Source: a virus (Duplodnaviria; Caudoviricetes). Taken from it: a DNA stretch of 44,323 bases. Under the pieces are notes generated by a model. It was not told the origin of the DNA. It searched no databases and saw only the letters and a list, made by a program, of their open reading frames with translations. The DNA lies in IMG/VR virus record IMGVR_UViG_3300044796_000650, positions 1 through 44,323 of that record, one strand, 5' to 3'. Of the stretch, positions 1-10,020 are shown piece by piece. Each line of letters begins with the position of its first letter. Within the stretch, counting starts at the first letter, position 1. The position numbers and the translations under genes were made by a program.

Positions 1-1134
1 TCACGCGACGGTGAAGGTGAAAGTGGCCGTGAAGCCCGATGCCGTGACCACCACGGTGTTTGCGCCCGATGGGAGTGCCCCCAGCCCGGCTGGCAGGGTG
101 CCTCCGTCGAAGATCCAAACGGCGGCGTCCCACCCATAATCGTTTCCGAAGTTGGCCCTGGTGATGGGCGTGCCACCGTTGAAGGTGATGCTGGCCCCTG
201 CGATCATGTCGCTCGTGAAGTTCACGGGATTCACCGACACTTGCGGGGGGATGTCCCAAGCTCCGCTGGAATCGGTCACGTCGCCCGACGCGGCCACCGT
301 TCCCGTGGCATGCGTATCCACATACCCCACCGTGCCGTCGATGCCGTAGGTGATCGAGGGCGGCGGAGTGCCGCAGACGGGTGCATTGGTCATCGTTCCG
401 ACACCCTGCCAGAGTGTGCCCGGCGAGAATCCCGCACGGCTGTCCGCGGCGTAGAAGGCTGTCACGACGAAATTCGCACCCGGCGTGAGCGTGGCATCGG
501 CCACGACGGTGGCGGCGTTGTAGCCGTCGCTGCCGTTTCCGCAGAGCACGGTGCGGCCCTGGAACTTGATCGAGAGTCCGCCGACGCCCGCCGGACCGCC
601 TGAGATGGCGATGTTGACGGACATGCGGAATGTGGCCGGGGCTGGTCCCGTCCAGCATGCGCCACCGGTCGGCGTGTCCAGGCAGGTGCAGGTGACGGTG
701 ATCGTGGGCAGTTGAGGATTCGGCGCGGTGCTCGTCTGCGTGGTGCCCGTGGTGGAACTGCCGCCGGAAGCGCCGCCTCCGCCGCTGTTGCCGGCGAGTG
801 CATTCCAGATGTTCTGATTGACGTTTTTGTCCAGGCCGCTGCCACCGCTTCCGCCGGTGCCGTCGCCATTGGTGAGCACATTGAAGGTGTTCGTCGTGCC
901 GTCCCAGGGCTGGTCGGTCCAGTCGAGCGCGTTGAACTCGGCGACGGTGAAGTCCGTATCCAGCACGACGCGCGTGTAGGTGTCGGTCGGCACGTCGGGC
1001 GCGAGCAGGGTGGGCTGGAAAATCCACCCCAGGTTGTGCTGCCAGTAGAGCCATTTGTGCCACGCCGCGCGGCGCACGCCGGAACCGGCGAGCATCAGCG
1101 CGGAGGCTTGGAACCAGTTGCCGTTGGTCAGCAT
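1..1134 (-). CDS. Putative tail tip/fibre protein (Gly/Thr-rich, beta-rich C-terminus)
   Basis: ORF from ATG 1134 (MLTNGNWF) just after the upstream stop; distal position in tail operon; composition. Confidence 0.55.
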   Translation of the reverse strand: MLTNGNWFQASALMLAGSGVRRAAWHKWLYWQHNLGWIFQPTLLAPDVPTDTYTRVVLDTDFTVAEFNALDWTDQPWDGTTNTFNVLTNGDGTGGSGGSGLDKNVNQNIWNALAGNSGGGGASGGSSTTGTTQTSTAPNPQLPTITVTCTCLDTPTGGACWTGPAPATFRMSVNIAISGGPAGVGGLSIKFQGRTVLCGNGSDGYNAATVVADATLTPGANFVVTAFYAADSRAGFSPGTLWQGVGTMTNAPVCGTPPPSITYGIDGTVGYVDTHATGTVAASGDVTDSSGAWDIPPQVSVNPVNFTSDMIAGASITFNGGTPITRANFGNDYGWDAAVWIFDGGTLPAGLGALPSGANTVVVTASGFTATFTFTVA

Positions 1135-1136
1135 GG

Positions 1137-2132
1137 TCAGGGTGAGGTGTTCGCGATGAGATCGCGCACGAGCAGGGCGGCCCAGCTCTGGCTGGAGCTG
1201 CGGATCGTGGCGGGGCCGACGCCGAGGCCGTTGGTTTCCTGCCACTCGAATTCTCCGAGGAGCTGCACGGTCTCCGAGCGCGTGAGCACGTCGGCGGAAG
1301 TTTCGTCCGCCGGATAGCCGGGGAAGGCATCGTCGGCCGCGGCGAGCTGCACATAAAGCCGGTACACCGTTGACGTTCCGCTCCCGACTTTTATCCACGG
1401 GATCACGGTGACGGTGCCTGCGGAAATGTCCGTGCTGAATGCGATCGGCGTGCCGCCGGGGGTTGCGGAGAGCTGGAAGGTGTCCGTCGCGGTGGTGACC
1501 ACATAGTAGGCCGTACCCGCGGTAAGTCCGGTGCCGCCGGTGAGCGAGGTGAACGCCACGGCCGTGCCGTTCGGCAGCCCGTGCGCCGTGGCATTGATGA
1601 GGTGCGTCGAGGAAGTGCCTGTCACGGCGAGCGGAGGACGCTGCGAGAGGATGAGCGGAGGCTCCTCGGTCTCGTCGTCCTTGAACGCCGTCTTGAGCGC
1701 GGTCACGGCCAGTTCCTGCCCGACATTGTTCCGCACGAACTGGATCTGAAAGATGATGTCGTCTCCGCGCTTGAGCAGCAGCCCGAGCTTCGGATCGGCG
1801 GCGGTGAACGTGACCGCGCGCGTGTCGAGGTCCACGACCGTCACGACTGCGCCGCTCGGTGCCGGCGGCGGCGCGGGCCGGATGCCGACGACGAAACTCA
1901 CCTGCGCACTCACGCCGTCGCTGTTCGTTGCCGTCAGTGCAAACTGGTAGGTGCCCGGCAGCGTCGCCGCGCCGGAAATGAGCCCCGCGACGCCGTCAAT
2001 GACGACGCCCGGAGGCAGGCCGCTCGCCTGCCAGGTCGTCGGGTAGTTGGTCGCATACGGCTGGAAGCCCCAAGGCTCGAACTGGTCGAAGTCGGGGACG
2101 CTTTGCTTGGGGTCAATGACGGGTGCTGCCAT
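1137..2132 (-). CDS. Tail-associated protein with putative Ig-like (He_PIG-type) domain and an inserted AHGL..G..V beta module
   Basis: WQASGLPPGVVIDGVAGLISG..PGTYQFALTATNSDG is a typical putative-Ig repeat; AHGLPNGTAV...YYVVTTATDTFQLSATPGG module. Confidence 0.65.
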   Translation of the reverse strand: MAAPVIDPKQSVPDFDQFEPWGFQPYATNYPTTWQASGLPPGVVIDGVAGLISGAATLPGTYQFALTATNSDGVSAQVSFVVGIRPAPPPAPSGAVVTVVDLDTRAVTFTAADPKLGLLLKRGDDIIFQIQFVRNNVGQELAVTALKTAFKDDETEEPPLILSQRPPLAVTGTSSTHLINATAHGLPNGTAVAFTSLTGGTGLTAGTAYYVVTTATDTFQLSATPGGTPIAFSTDISAGTVTVIPWIKVGSGTSTVYRLYVQLAAADDAFPGYPADETSADVLTRSETVQLLGEFEWQETNGLGVGPATIRSSSQSWAALLVRDLIANTSP

Positions 2133-2135
2133 AGG

Positions 2136-4727
2136 TCAGGAAGGTGAGGAGATGCTGATGCCGAGGGCGCCGCTCTGGGGCGCGACCATTTGCCAGAAGA
2201 CCCAGCCGCGGGCCTCAGGCACGCTGTTCTGCGTGTCGAAATTGATGAGCCTTCCCCGGATCGCAAAGTTGGGCGTGGAGGGCGCGGCGGCATTGGCGGC
2301 GATGATCGTGTTGTCCACGATCGCATTCGCGGTGATGGCGGTGCCGCTGCGCGAGATCGTCGCGGCATACGAGTGCGTGGTGAGGCCCGGCGTGAGGATG
2401 ATGCGCTCGTTCACGATGGGGTTCGCCGTGTCCCAGACGATGTCGCGCAGGTTCTGCGCGGTGGTCACGGCCGCGACCCGGAAGGTGTCCGTCGTCACGT
2501 CGCGCACGACGTAGAGCGTGTTCGCCGCGAGTCCGCCGGGCAGCGTGCCGGTCGAGGCGACGAGGATGACCCAGCCGTTCGCCATGCCGTGCGCCGCGAG
2601 GGTGAGCACGTCCGTGCTGGCATTGGCCGTGAATGCGCCGACCGCTTTTCCCAGCTCAGTCGTCGCGGTGTGCGTGCCGGTGCCGGCGGTCGTGATGTCA
2701 ATGGCTGCCGCGGTCGGGTCGGCCTCGCGCGGCGCATATCCCTTTTCGATCACGAGCATCCACTGCGCGTGGCTCGTCGCGGCGATGAGCTGCGTGGCGA
2801 GCCCGAGTTGCAGCGTCAGCGTGCTCCCCACCCCGAACGTCCGGGCCGTGATGTATTCGTCGAAGAGCGGAACCTCGAACGGGATCGGGAAGTAGCTCGT
2901 CGTCGCGCCGCTCTGGCGCGCGGGCCAGATCATGCGGCCGTCGCTGGCGACATTTCCGCCGGAGGCGACGGCCGAACTGCGGATCATTCCACCGCCGGGA
3001 ATGGTCACGGCGTTGCCGGTGCTGTTCACCCACACGCTGTCTGCGGCCGGGGCGGGAAGCGGAGTGACGGGCAGCGCGACGACGGTCGCGGTGTTCACCA
3101 TCGGCAGCATGTAGGGCGCGCGCGGCGGGAGCTTCGCCGGGTCGGTCACCGCGCTGAAGAGGATTCCCATCGCCGTGGGGAACGTGATCGTGAACGGCCC
3201 CTGCGCTAGCGTGGTCCCGGCGACGGTCGCCTGGCTGGGCAGCAGCGTGTTGAGCTGCGCGAGATTCGCGCCGATGGAATCCTGCCACGCCGTCAGACCG
3301 TTGACCTGAGATGGATCAATCGTGAGGTCCGTCGCGAAGGCCGCGAGCGTCTGCGCGCTCATCACGATGATGAGCCACGCATTCAGCGCCGGAGCGCCGG
3401 AGAGCGCCGTCACGGTCACCTGGTTGGCGTTGTTGATCACCACGGAATAGTCCGTGCCCTCGATGAGCTGGGCGCCGGTCGCCTGGCTGTTCACCCACGT
3501 CCTCACCACGAGCGTGCCGAGGCCGTGCGCGACGGCGAATACCGTCGCCGCTCCGTCGCCCACCTGCGCGGGATAGAAGTGCTGCCCGAGCAGCGTGGCG
3601 TTCGGGTCGTAGGGAAAATAGCGCTTCGGGCTGAGCGGCTCCAGCCAGTTGATCTGCGGCGTCTCCTCCAGCTCCGGCCACGTGAGGGGGGCCTGAATGG
3701 TCACGTCCTGGCTGAATGCGAGGATGTCGCTCGTGATGCCGTCCTCGGTGACATTGAGCCACACCTGCAGCGGGAGCGTGACCTCGGGCGTCGTCCGCAA
3801 AAGCGCGGCGAGTTCCGCGCGGTCCATCGCCATCGTGAAGGTGAGATCGCCCGGCGGGTTCGACGCGACGTGGACGGCGAGCAGCGCCTGCGGGAGCGCG
3901 CCGAGGGAGTTGACGAACTCGATGTTCGCGCGCTGGAAGAGCGTCGCCGTGCAGGTGAAGCCGGTGCCCACCGCACCGAGCGCCGGTGCGATGGCGTTCA
4001 GCGCCGTCGCGATGTTGTCCGGGCCGTCCGCCGGCGTGAGCACCGCGGTGCGCGCGTAACCGGACTGCAGGTAGTAGGTGCCGCGGAACTCGAAGGGCAC
4101 GTAGATTTCCTGAATCTCATTCACGTTCGCGCCCGCCTCGCTGCCGCCGAGCTGGATCTCCGTGATTTGGGGGATGGGCGGCAGCACCGTGCTGCTCGTG
4201 CTGGTGAAGACCGCCGGCGTCTGCGTCAGCCGGATCTCGTGAATCCACACGCCGTCGCGCTCGTAGGCGAAGACACGTCCAAGCGTCGAGGGCCACAGCT
4301 TGTTGTCCACGACCGTGAGCGTCACCTGCTGGCCGAAGGCAAAGGTCACGAGCAGCGACCCGTCCACCGTCACGACCGTTGCCGCGCCGTAGGCCGTGAC
4401 CATTGCGGCGAGCGCATTGATGGCCGTCTGCAGCGCGCTCGCAGGCGCGCCGGATTGCAGCACGGCCGTCGTGTTCGCGCCGCTCTCATCATCCGTGCCG
4501 AGCTTGAGCTTCCACGTTCCGCCGAGCGGCCGCGCATCGGGATTGCCGATGGCGGCCTTCATCGAATTCACCACGGGGCTCGTCTCGATCACCGTGCCGG
4601 AGGAATTGCGGGTCAGCCGCAGCGCGACGGTGATCTGCTCGCCGAAGGTGAAGGTCGGGGGCGTCCACGCGCCATTGCCGTCGCTGGCGATCTTCGTCGA
4701 GAGATTGGCGGTGAGGAGGAAGTTCAT
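2136..4727 (-). CDS. Large tail/baseplate protein (863 aa)
   Basis: ATG 4727 overlaps upstream stop; T/A/G-rich beta composition; GDGAATVFAVAHGLGT and AHGMANG modules typical of virion proteins. Confidence 0.65.
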   Translation of the reverse strand: MNFLLTANLSTKIASDGNGAWTPPTFTFGEQITVALRLTRNSSGTVIETSPVVNSMKAAIGNPDARPLGGTWKLKLGTDDESGANTTAVLQSGAPASALQTAINALAAMVTAYGAATVVTVDGSLLVTFAFGQQVTLTVVDNKLWPSTLGRVFAYERDGVWIHEIRLTQTPAVFTSTSSTVLPPIPQITEIQLGGSEAGANVNEIQEIYVPFEFRGTYYLQSGYARTAVLTPADGPDNIATALNAIAPALGAVGTGFTCTATLFQRANIEFVNSLGALPQALLAVHVASNPPGDLTFTMAMDRAELAALLRTTPEVTLPLQVWLNVTEDGITSDILAFSQDVTIQAPLTWPELEETPQINWLEPLSPKRYFPYDPNATLLGQHFYPAQVGDGAATVFAVAHGLGTLVVRTWVNSQATGAQLIEGTDYSVVINNANQVTVTALSGAPALNAWLIIVMSAQTLAAFATDLTIDPSQVNGLTAWQDSIGANLAQLNTLLPSQATVAGTTLAQGPFTITFPTAMGILFSAVTDPAKLPPRAPYMLPMVNTATVVALPVTPLPAPAADSVWVNSTGNAVTIPGGGMIRSSAVASGGNVASDGRMIWPARQSGATTSYFPIPFEVPLFDEYITARTFGVGSTLTLQLGLATQLIAATSHAQWMLVIEKGYAPREADPTAAAIDITTAGTGTHTATTELGKAVGAFTANASTDVLTLAAHGMANGWVILVASTGTLPGGLAANTLYVVRDVTTDTFRVAAVTTAQNLRDIVWDTANPIVNERIILTPGLTTHSYAATISRSGTAITANAIVDNTIIAANAAAPSTPNFAIRGRLINFDTQNSVPEARGWVFWQMVAPQSGALGISISSPS

Positions 4728-6040
4728 GGGTTCAGGAGCGAGGGCGTGAATGGGACGCCGCTGTACGGGAATTGCGGGTCCAGGGTTGCGGCTTTCAGCG
4801 CCCGTGCAGCGGCGATTCTCTTGGCCTGCAGGGCCTCCGCCTGGTTCCATCCGGCCGGCGCGGGCGCGGGCGCGGGCGATGCGGGGAAGGTGCTGCTGGA
4901 GCCGCCGCCCGTCGCGGTCCACCACGTTCCGGCGAGCGATTGCGCGGTGAGGAGGTTCAGCGCGTTCTGCATCGCGTCATTGATCGAGGCGGAGATGGTG
5001 TTCACGGCGAACGATGCGAGGCCGCCGGCGAGCGTGCTGCCCAGCGTCACGAGTTCGCCCGTGGCGTTGCCGAGCTGCGGCACCTGCAGCACGGTCCTCG
5101 CGAGGTAGGTGAGATTCCAGAAGAGCGTGTGCGCCACGTACGGCACCCACGACGAGTCCGGCTGGCTGAGCGGCACGGCATTTGGAGGGCTGAGCAGATA
5201 GACGGTGGAGACGAGCAGCTCATCCCATGTGGGCTCCTCGTAGTCGCCGGAGAGCGGATCAATGCCGAGCGCGGCCGCGCTGCCGGGATCAAACAGGCTT
5301 GTGGCAAACACCTTCAGCCGGTCGCCCGGCGCGGCGCTGCGGATGCCGAGCGTCTGCGTGACATTGCTGATGCCGGTGATTGCGCCGTCCTCGATCGAGA
5401 TGGTCGAGGTGAGCGCCATGCGGGGCTGATGCACCACGATGTCCGACGCTCGCAGCAGGCGGTTCCCCGGCGTCGGCTGCACGTTGAGCGCGGCCACCAC
5501 GGCGTCGGCGGTGTCCGGGTTGTTCGGGTCGGAGAGATTGGCCGGCTGCGGGGAATTCTGCACGCCGAGGTTTTTGAAAAACTGCGGCACAGCCGAGCCG
5601 ACCGTTCCGTCGCTGTCGAAGCCCACGTTGCGGAAGGCCAGTTGGATCGGCGGGTTGTTGGTGAGCTTCACGTCCACCTGCCCGGCGGGAGTGGCGTCCG
5701 CGGCCGCGGTGCTCTCCGCCGCCAGCGAGGCCGCGCGCGCGATGTCCGCCGCGCCGCTGCGAGCGGTGATGAGCCCGTTGTAGAAGGTGCCCGCCTTCGC
5801 CAGCGAGAGCGCGAGAGCCGCGGTCGTGTTCACGACGGGCGCCTCGCCGTTCACGAATCCCGGCAGCACCGTCGCGACCCACTGCTTCAGATCGCCGAGC
5901 CACCAGAGCTGCGTCTGCCACGGGTGCTGCCACTGCTTCGGCTTTCCCAGCGATACCGAAAAGCCGCCCGGCCCGCGGGTGACGGCGGCGTTCGTGCCGG
6001 CGCGCGGCGCGGTCGGAGGCGGATGTGCGAGCGCGACCAT
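4724..6040 (-). CDS. Putative tail/baseplate protein
   Basis: 438-aa ORF tightly packed in tail operon; HPW..(V)PGFVNG motif. Confidence 0.6.
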   Translation of the reverse strand: MVALAHPPPTAPRAGTNAAVTRGPGGFSVSLGKPKQWQHPWQTQLWWLGDLKQWVATVLPGFVNGEAPVVNTTAALALSLAKAGTFYNGLITARSGAADIARAASLAAESTAAADATPAGQVDVKLTNNPPIQLAFRNVGFDSDGTVGSAVPQFFKNLGVQNSPQPANLSDPNNPDTADAVVAALNVQPTPGNRLLRASDIVVHQPRMALTSTISIEDGAITGISNVTQTLGIRSAAPGDRLKVFATSLFDPGSAAALGIDPLSGDYEEPTWDELLVSTVYLLSPPNAVPLSQPDSSWVPYVAHTLFWNLTYLARTVLQVPQLGNATGELVTLGSTLAGGLASFAVNTISASINDAMQNALNLLTAQSLAGTWWTATGGGSSSTFPASPAPAPAPAGWNQAEALQAKRIAAARALKAATLDPQFPYSGVPFTPSLLNP

Positions 6041-6041
6041 G

Positions 6042-6650
6042 TCAGTAAAAAAGGTGCTGCGCCGATCCCTGCCCCGGCGCGGGCGTGGTGCGGTGATAGC
6101 GCACGTTGAAGAACTGGACGGGCCAGATGCGCGACGGCCCGCTGTTGGCGCTCCATGCGACGAGTGCCAGCGGCAGGCGTCCCGTGGCCTGCCCGGTCAG
6201 CGTCGGCGCATTGCGATGCACGACCGCGATCACCACGCCCTTCGCCAGTGCGCCGGTCGTGTCCGCCAGCGTGCCGTTCGCCGCCGGGGTCACTTCGAGG
6301 CAGATCCAGCTTTCGAGGTTCGCGTTGGCGACCGTGCGATCCAGCCGCAGCGTCGGCTGGGGAATGCCCTTCGCCGCGTTGCCGGAAATGGGAACCGCCG
6401 AGCCGCCCGTGGTGATCGTGGGCTCGTATCCCGCGTTCAGGTTGTCCCCGATGACGATGCCCTTCGAGAGCCGCGCGCCGTCCTTTCCGACGAGCGAGGG
6501 ACTCCAGGGGTGGGAAAAGCTCGCGCCGCCGGACGGCACGCCGCTGATCACGAATCCGAACGGCGTGGACGCGAGCCGCGAGTTCACGCCCGGCTGCGGG
6601 CGCGGCGAGGCCGCATGCGGTTGCTCTTTGTGTGGCAGTGGAAGGATCAT
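6042..6650 (-). CDS. Putative tail protein
   Basis: ATG 6650 overlaps upstream TGA; HPW motif like neighbour; tail operon. Confidence 0.55.
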   Translation of the reverse strand: MILPLPHKEQPHAASPRPQPGVNSRLASTPFGFVISGVPSGGASFSHPWSPSLVGKDGARLSKGIVIGDNLNAGYEPTITTGGSAVPISGNAAKGIPQPTLRLDRTVANANLESWICLEVTPAANGTLADTTGALAKGVVIAVVHRNAPTLTGQATGRLPLALVAWSANSGPSRIWPVQFFNVRYHRTTPAPGQGSAQHLFY

Positions 6651-7396
6651 TTGAGGCTGGTATAAACCGGCTTGGGCCACCCGCCGTCGCCGGAGAGCCA
6701 ATACATTTCCGTGATGTCCTTGATGATGCCCCGCTGCTTGTAGGGCGGCGGCACGAAGAGCCAGTTGCGGCCCGTCACGTAGGGCGGCTCGCCGGGCAGA
6801 TCGCTGCTCTCCATGATCGTGCCGCTGAGCGCATACAAATCTTTCGGCAGATCCTTTTCCGCATAGCGGAAGCGGTAGGTTCCCTCCATGCGGAAGAAGT
6901 CCTGAATGCCATACATCGGATTTGTCCCAACGGGAATGCTGCTGGTGCTGGCGGCCCATCCGCTCGGCGCAGCCGCACCCGTGGGGCCGGTATTGTTCAG
7001 GTCCCAGATGACGGTCGAGCCGTCATTGCCGACGGAGCCGCCGTAGTCGTCGAGCAGGGTCTGGAAGTTCGGAAGCTGCTGGATGGGCACCTGCGCGAAG
7101 CCCGGCTCGAAGCCGTAGTCAATCGAGTTCATGCGATCCTTGAACGTCACGCTTTTGCCGTCGCCATTGATGCCCTGGAAAGTCCACGTCGTCTTCATTG
7201 CGCCGTGGCTGGGAAGCGATTGCTCGCCGACAAGGATCACGCCTCCGGGCACCGCCGGTGGCGCGGGCTTTTCGAGTAGCGCCGAAAACGGATCGCTCAC
7301 GCTTGGCTGCCAGAGCTGCGAGAGCACGAGGACGCGGACGCCGATGAGGTCGGTCGTGTCCTGGACGATCTGGATTTGCTGGAGGCCGTAAATCAT
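6647..7396 (-). CDS. Putative distal tail/hub protein
   Basis: Immediately follows tape-measure-like gene with ATGA overlap. Confidence 0.55.
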   Translation of the reverse strand: MIYGLQQIQIVQDTTDLIGVRVLVLSQLWQPSVSDPFSALLEKPAPPAVPGGVILVGEQSLPSHGAMKTTWTFQGINGDGKSVTFKDRMNSIDYGFEPGFAQVPIQQLPNFQTLLDDYGGSVGNDGSTVIWDLNNTGPTGAAAPSGWAASTSSIPVGTNPMYGIQDFFRMEGTYRFRYAEKDLPKDLYALSGTIMESSDLPGEPPYVTGRNWLFVPPPYKQRGIIKDITEMYWLSGDGGWPKPVYTSLK

Positions 7397-8670
7397 CTGG
7401 TGTGGGCGGGAGGAGGGATGCTCTGGTCCTTCAATTTCTGGTCCTGCCGGTGCGCATCCCAGACAGCGGCCATTTTGTCGAACCGCTGGATCAGCGCGCT
7501 TTCGTTAGGGTTGACTTGCTGGCCCCAGGCTGCCGAGCGCGCGATGTCCGCCGCGCCGCTGCGCGCAGTGACGAGCCCTGCGCCCGCGGCCTGCTGGCGG
7601 TCGCGGAGGCTGTTCGTCATTTCGAGTCGTGCTGCCTCGTTCTGCTGCTCCGGCGTTGCTCCCTCAGCGGCCATGTGGCGCTTCATGCCCAGTCCTTTTT
7701 CAAGGTATTCGTCCATGAATGCTGCACGCTGTCCGGTCAGCGTGCGCTTGGAGCGATTGCGCAGGGCGTCCAGTTGCAGGCCGCCTTCCTCGTTCTCGAA
7801 TTTCTCGCGCTTGAGCGCGGCCACTTTCTCCAACTGATCCGCGTCGGCCTTCTGCTTCTTGTCGTTCTCGTCGAGATTGCGCTGGCCCTCCCACGTCTGG
7901 CTGCCGAAGAGGCGCAGCGGATTAAACCATGCGCGTTTGCCCTCCTGCTCCAGATCGGGTCGGTTGGCCTCGCGTTCCGCCATGCGCTGCTCGATGGCAT
8001 ATTGCTCCGACTGCGCCTGCCCGGAAGTGCCGCGCACCCCAGCCATAATTCCAAGCTGGCGCTCATTCATCTTCCTCGCGGCCTGGTCGCGCAAGGCGAT
8101 GCCCTGGCGCTCCATGTAGTCCTTCGTGAGTTCCTCCACGAGGCCGATCATTGCCACCGCTCCGACCGCTGCGCCGCCCGCCAGCCCGGAGAAATTCGAC
8201 CTTGCCAGCGAACTGAGCCCTCCGGTCAGCGAGCCGCCCTGCGCGACCTCCATCCCGAGGCGCATGCCGGCGCGCCCGAAGCGCTGGCGGTGCGTTTCCT
8301 CCTGGTGCATCTCGCGCTTGACGGTGCGCTCATCCGCCGCCGCGGCCCGATCTTCGGCGCGCTGCTCGCGGAGGTGCTTCGCCTTTTCATCGCGCGCCGC
8401 CTTTTGTTCGTGCTTCTCCGCGTCGAGGAATGGCCTCTCCAGGCGGCCGGCCTCGCGTTCGAGGGCGGAGGCGTCGGCGCGCGCGGACTTCGCGCGGGAA
8501 TCCTCGAACCCATGTTTGTTCGAATAGCTGTCCGCTGATGCGCGCAGCTTTTCGGCTTCCGCGCGCAGGGCCTTGATTTTCACCTGCGCGGCTTCCGCAT
8601 CGCGTCCCGCGTCTTTGAGCGCAGTGCCTTCGCTTTCCTGCCGGACTACTACTTTGACTTCCTCACTCAC
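7393..8670 (-). CDS. Tape measure-like protein (short, 425 aa)
   Basis: Helical/coiled-coil A/E/R/K-rich with a central Gly/Ala hydrophobic segment; follows tube and chaperone genes. Confidence 0.65.
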   Translation of the reverse strand: MSEEVKVVVRQESEGTALKDAGRDAEAAQVKIKALRAEAEKLRASADSYSNKHGFEDSRAKSARADASALEREAGRLERPFLDAEKHEQKAARDEKAKHLREQRAEDRAAAADERTVKREMHQEETHRQRFGRAGMRLGMEVAQGGSLTGGLSSLARSNFSGLAGGAAVGAVAMIGLVEELTKDYMERQGIALRDQAARKMNERQLGIMAGVRGTSGQAQSEQYAIEQRMAEREANRPDLEQEGKRAWFNPLRLFGSQTWEGQRNLDENDKKQKADADQLEKVAALKREKFENEEGGLQLDALRNRSKRTLTGQRAAFMDEYLEKGLGMKRHMAAEGATPEQQNEAARLEMTNSLRDRQQAAGAGLVTARSGAADIARSAAWGQQVNPNESALIQRFDKMAAVWDAHRQDQKLKDQSIPPPAHTR

Positions 8671-9241
8671 CGGCTTCCTCCTTTCGCTCTGTCGGCTGGA
8701 TCACATCGCGCTGCGCGTACGTCGCGGCGGCGGGCATCCAGCCGCGGTTGCGTTTGTCGGCGGCGAGCAGTGCGAATGCCTCGCCCACGGGCGTACTTCG
8801 CGCGTCGCCGCGCGACATTCCGAGCAGCGCGATGAGTGCGGCGTAGATGGGCAGCCAGTCGCCGAAGCCGCCGGAGAGGGTGATCGTGCCGCCATCATCC
8901 CCCGGCGGCGTCATCGGCAGCGACATCGCGAAGGCTTCCTCGATCGCCTCGCGCATCATCAGCATGAGTCCCACGGCCTCGCCGGCGGAGAGGTCCACGG
9001 GGCCGCAGCCGAAGGCTTCCACCGCGTCGCTGATTTGCTCCGCCGTCTCCGGCAGACGGCCTTCGAGCAATGGCGAGGATGCCGCGTCGAGATCGATCCA
9101 CGCCTGCATGGTGAAGACCGGCGTGCCTTCCGCCGGAATGGCGAATGCACGCGCGATGCAGCGCGGCTGCCAGGCGCTTTGCTCGGCACCGGCGAGGTCC
9201 GCCGCGAGCGAGCGCAGTTTTTTTTCTTCGGTCTCGGTCAT
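8663..9241 (-). CDS. Putative tail assembly chaperone
   Basis: Acidic helical protein between tube-like and tape-measure-like genes. Confidence 0.5.
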   Translation of the reverse strand: MTETEEKKLRSLAADLAGAEQSAWQPRCIARAFAIPAEGTPVFTMQAWIDLDAASSPLLEGRLPETAEQISDAVEAFGCGPVDLSAGEAVGLMLMMREAIEEAFAMSLPMTPPGDDGGTITLSGGFGDWLPIYAALIALLGMSRGDARSTPVGEAFALLAADKRNRGWMPAAATYAQRDVIQPTERKEEAGE

Positions 9242-9258
9242 CGTCGGGCCCGTTGAAC

Positions 9259-10017
9259 TCAGGCGGTGAACGGCGGGATCCAGCTCGCGCTGATGCTGAA
9301 CATTTTCCCGCGCGCGTCTTCGAGCGTCTGCTCGACATCCGTGATGCGGTAGTCGCTGGCCTGGCTGGGTGCGCCGCCGATGGTGAGCACGGTCCTCACC
9401 GCGGGCGCGTCGCCGGTCGCCAGCAGCATGAGGCGGATGCTGCGCTCATAGCCGTGGCCCTGCGCGCCGAGCAGCAGCCCGTCCGGCGAAGGCTCGTCGT
9501 CGGTGAGCTGGAGGATCTGCTCAATCGTCAGCTCATGCACAATGCCCGCGGCGTGCGTGAGGCCGAAGGTCGAGTAGATGAGCACGCCCGCGGGGAACAC
9601 GATTCCCAGCCCGCTCGGGTCCGGCGTGAACGCGCTCAGCGTTCCGGCGGCGGCGGTGTTCGTCGTCGGCATGTCCGGGTAGTGCGTGGCGGTGATGCTC
9701 GCGGTCTTCGGCTGCATGAGCCGCCATGTCTCGACCGCGCGGCTCACGAGCACCTGGCCGCCCGTGACGCCCGTCACCGCGATGGCCGCGCCGCCGCTGA
9801 TGTCGAGGAAGTCCACCGAGCCGGCCGTCACCTTCGCGGTGAACTGGATCGCGGCCTTCCGCGAGTGGAGAACCTGCGCGAAATTGTCCCCGGCGGCGCC
9901 GGAGATGTTCTGCTTGGTGACGGCGTCGCGGTAGCTGTAGCTCTGGCGTTCGCCGGTGAAAATTGCGGGCGCGGAAAGCGGCCCCCAGGTGATGGTTTGT
10001 CCGTAGCGGTTGCCCAT
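9259..10017 (-). CDS. Putative tail tube protein (two similar beta halves)
   Basis: Position after terminator-like gene; beta-strand pattern repeated twice. Confidence 0.5.
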   Translation of the reverse strand: MGNRYGQTITWGPLSAPAIFTGERQSYSYRDAVTKQNISGAAGDNFAQVLHSRKAAIQFTAKVTAGSVDFLDISGGAAIAVTGVTGGQVLVSRAVETWRLMQPKTASITATHYPDMPTTNTAAAGTLSAFTPDPSGLGIVFPAGVLIYSTFGLTHAAGIVHELTIEQILQLTDDEPSPDGLLLGAQGHGYERSIRLMLLATGDAPAVRTVLTIGGAPSQASDYRITDVEQTLEDARGKMFSISASWIPPFTA

Positions 10018-10020
10018 GAT

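Noticed and set aside
9218-9225. A8 run in the tail chaperone gene as a programmed frameshift site
   Set aside because: Lies at codons 6-8, not near the 3' end as in lambda G/GT; no supporting second frame identified
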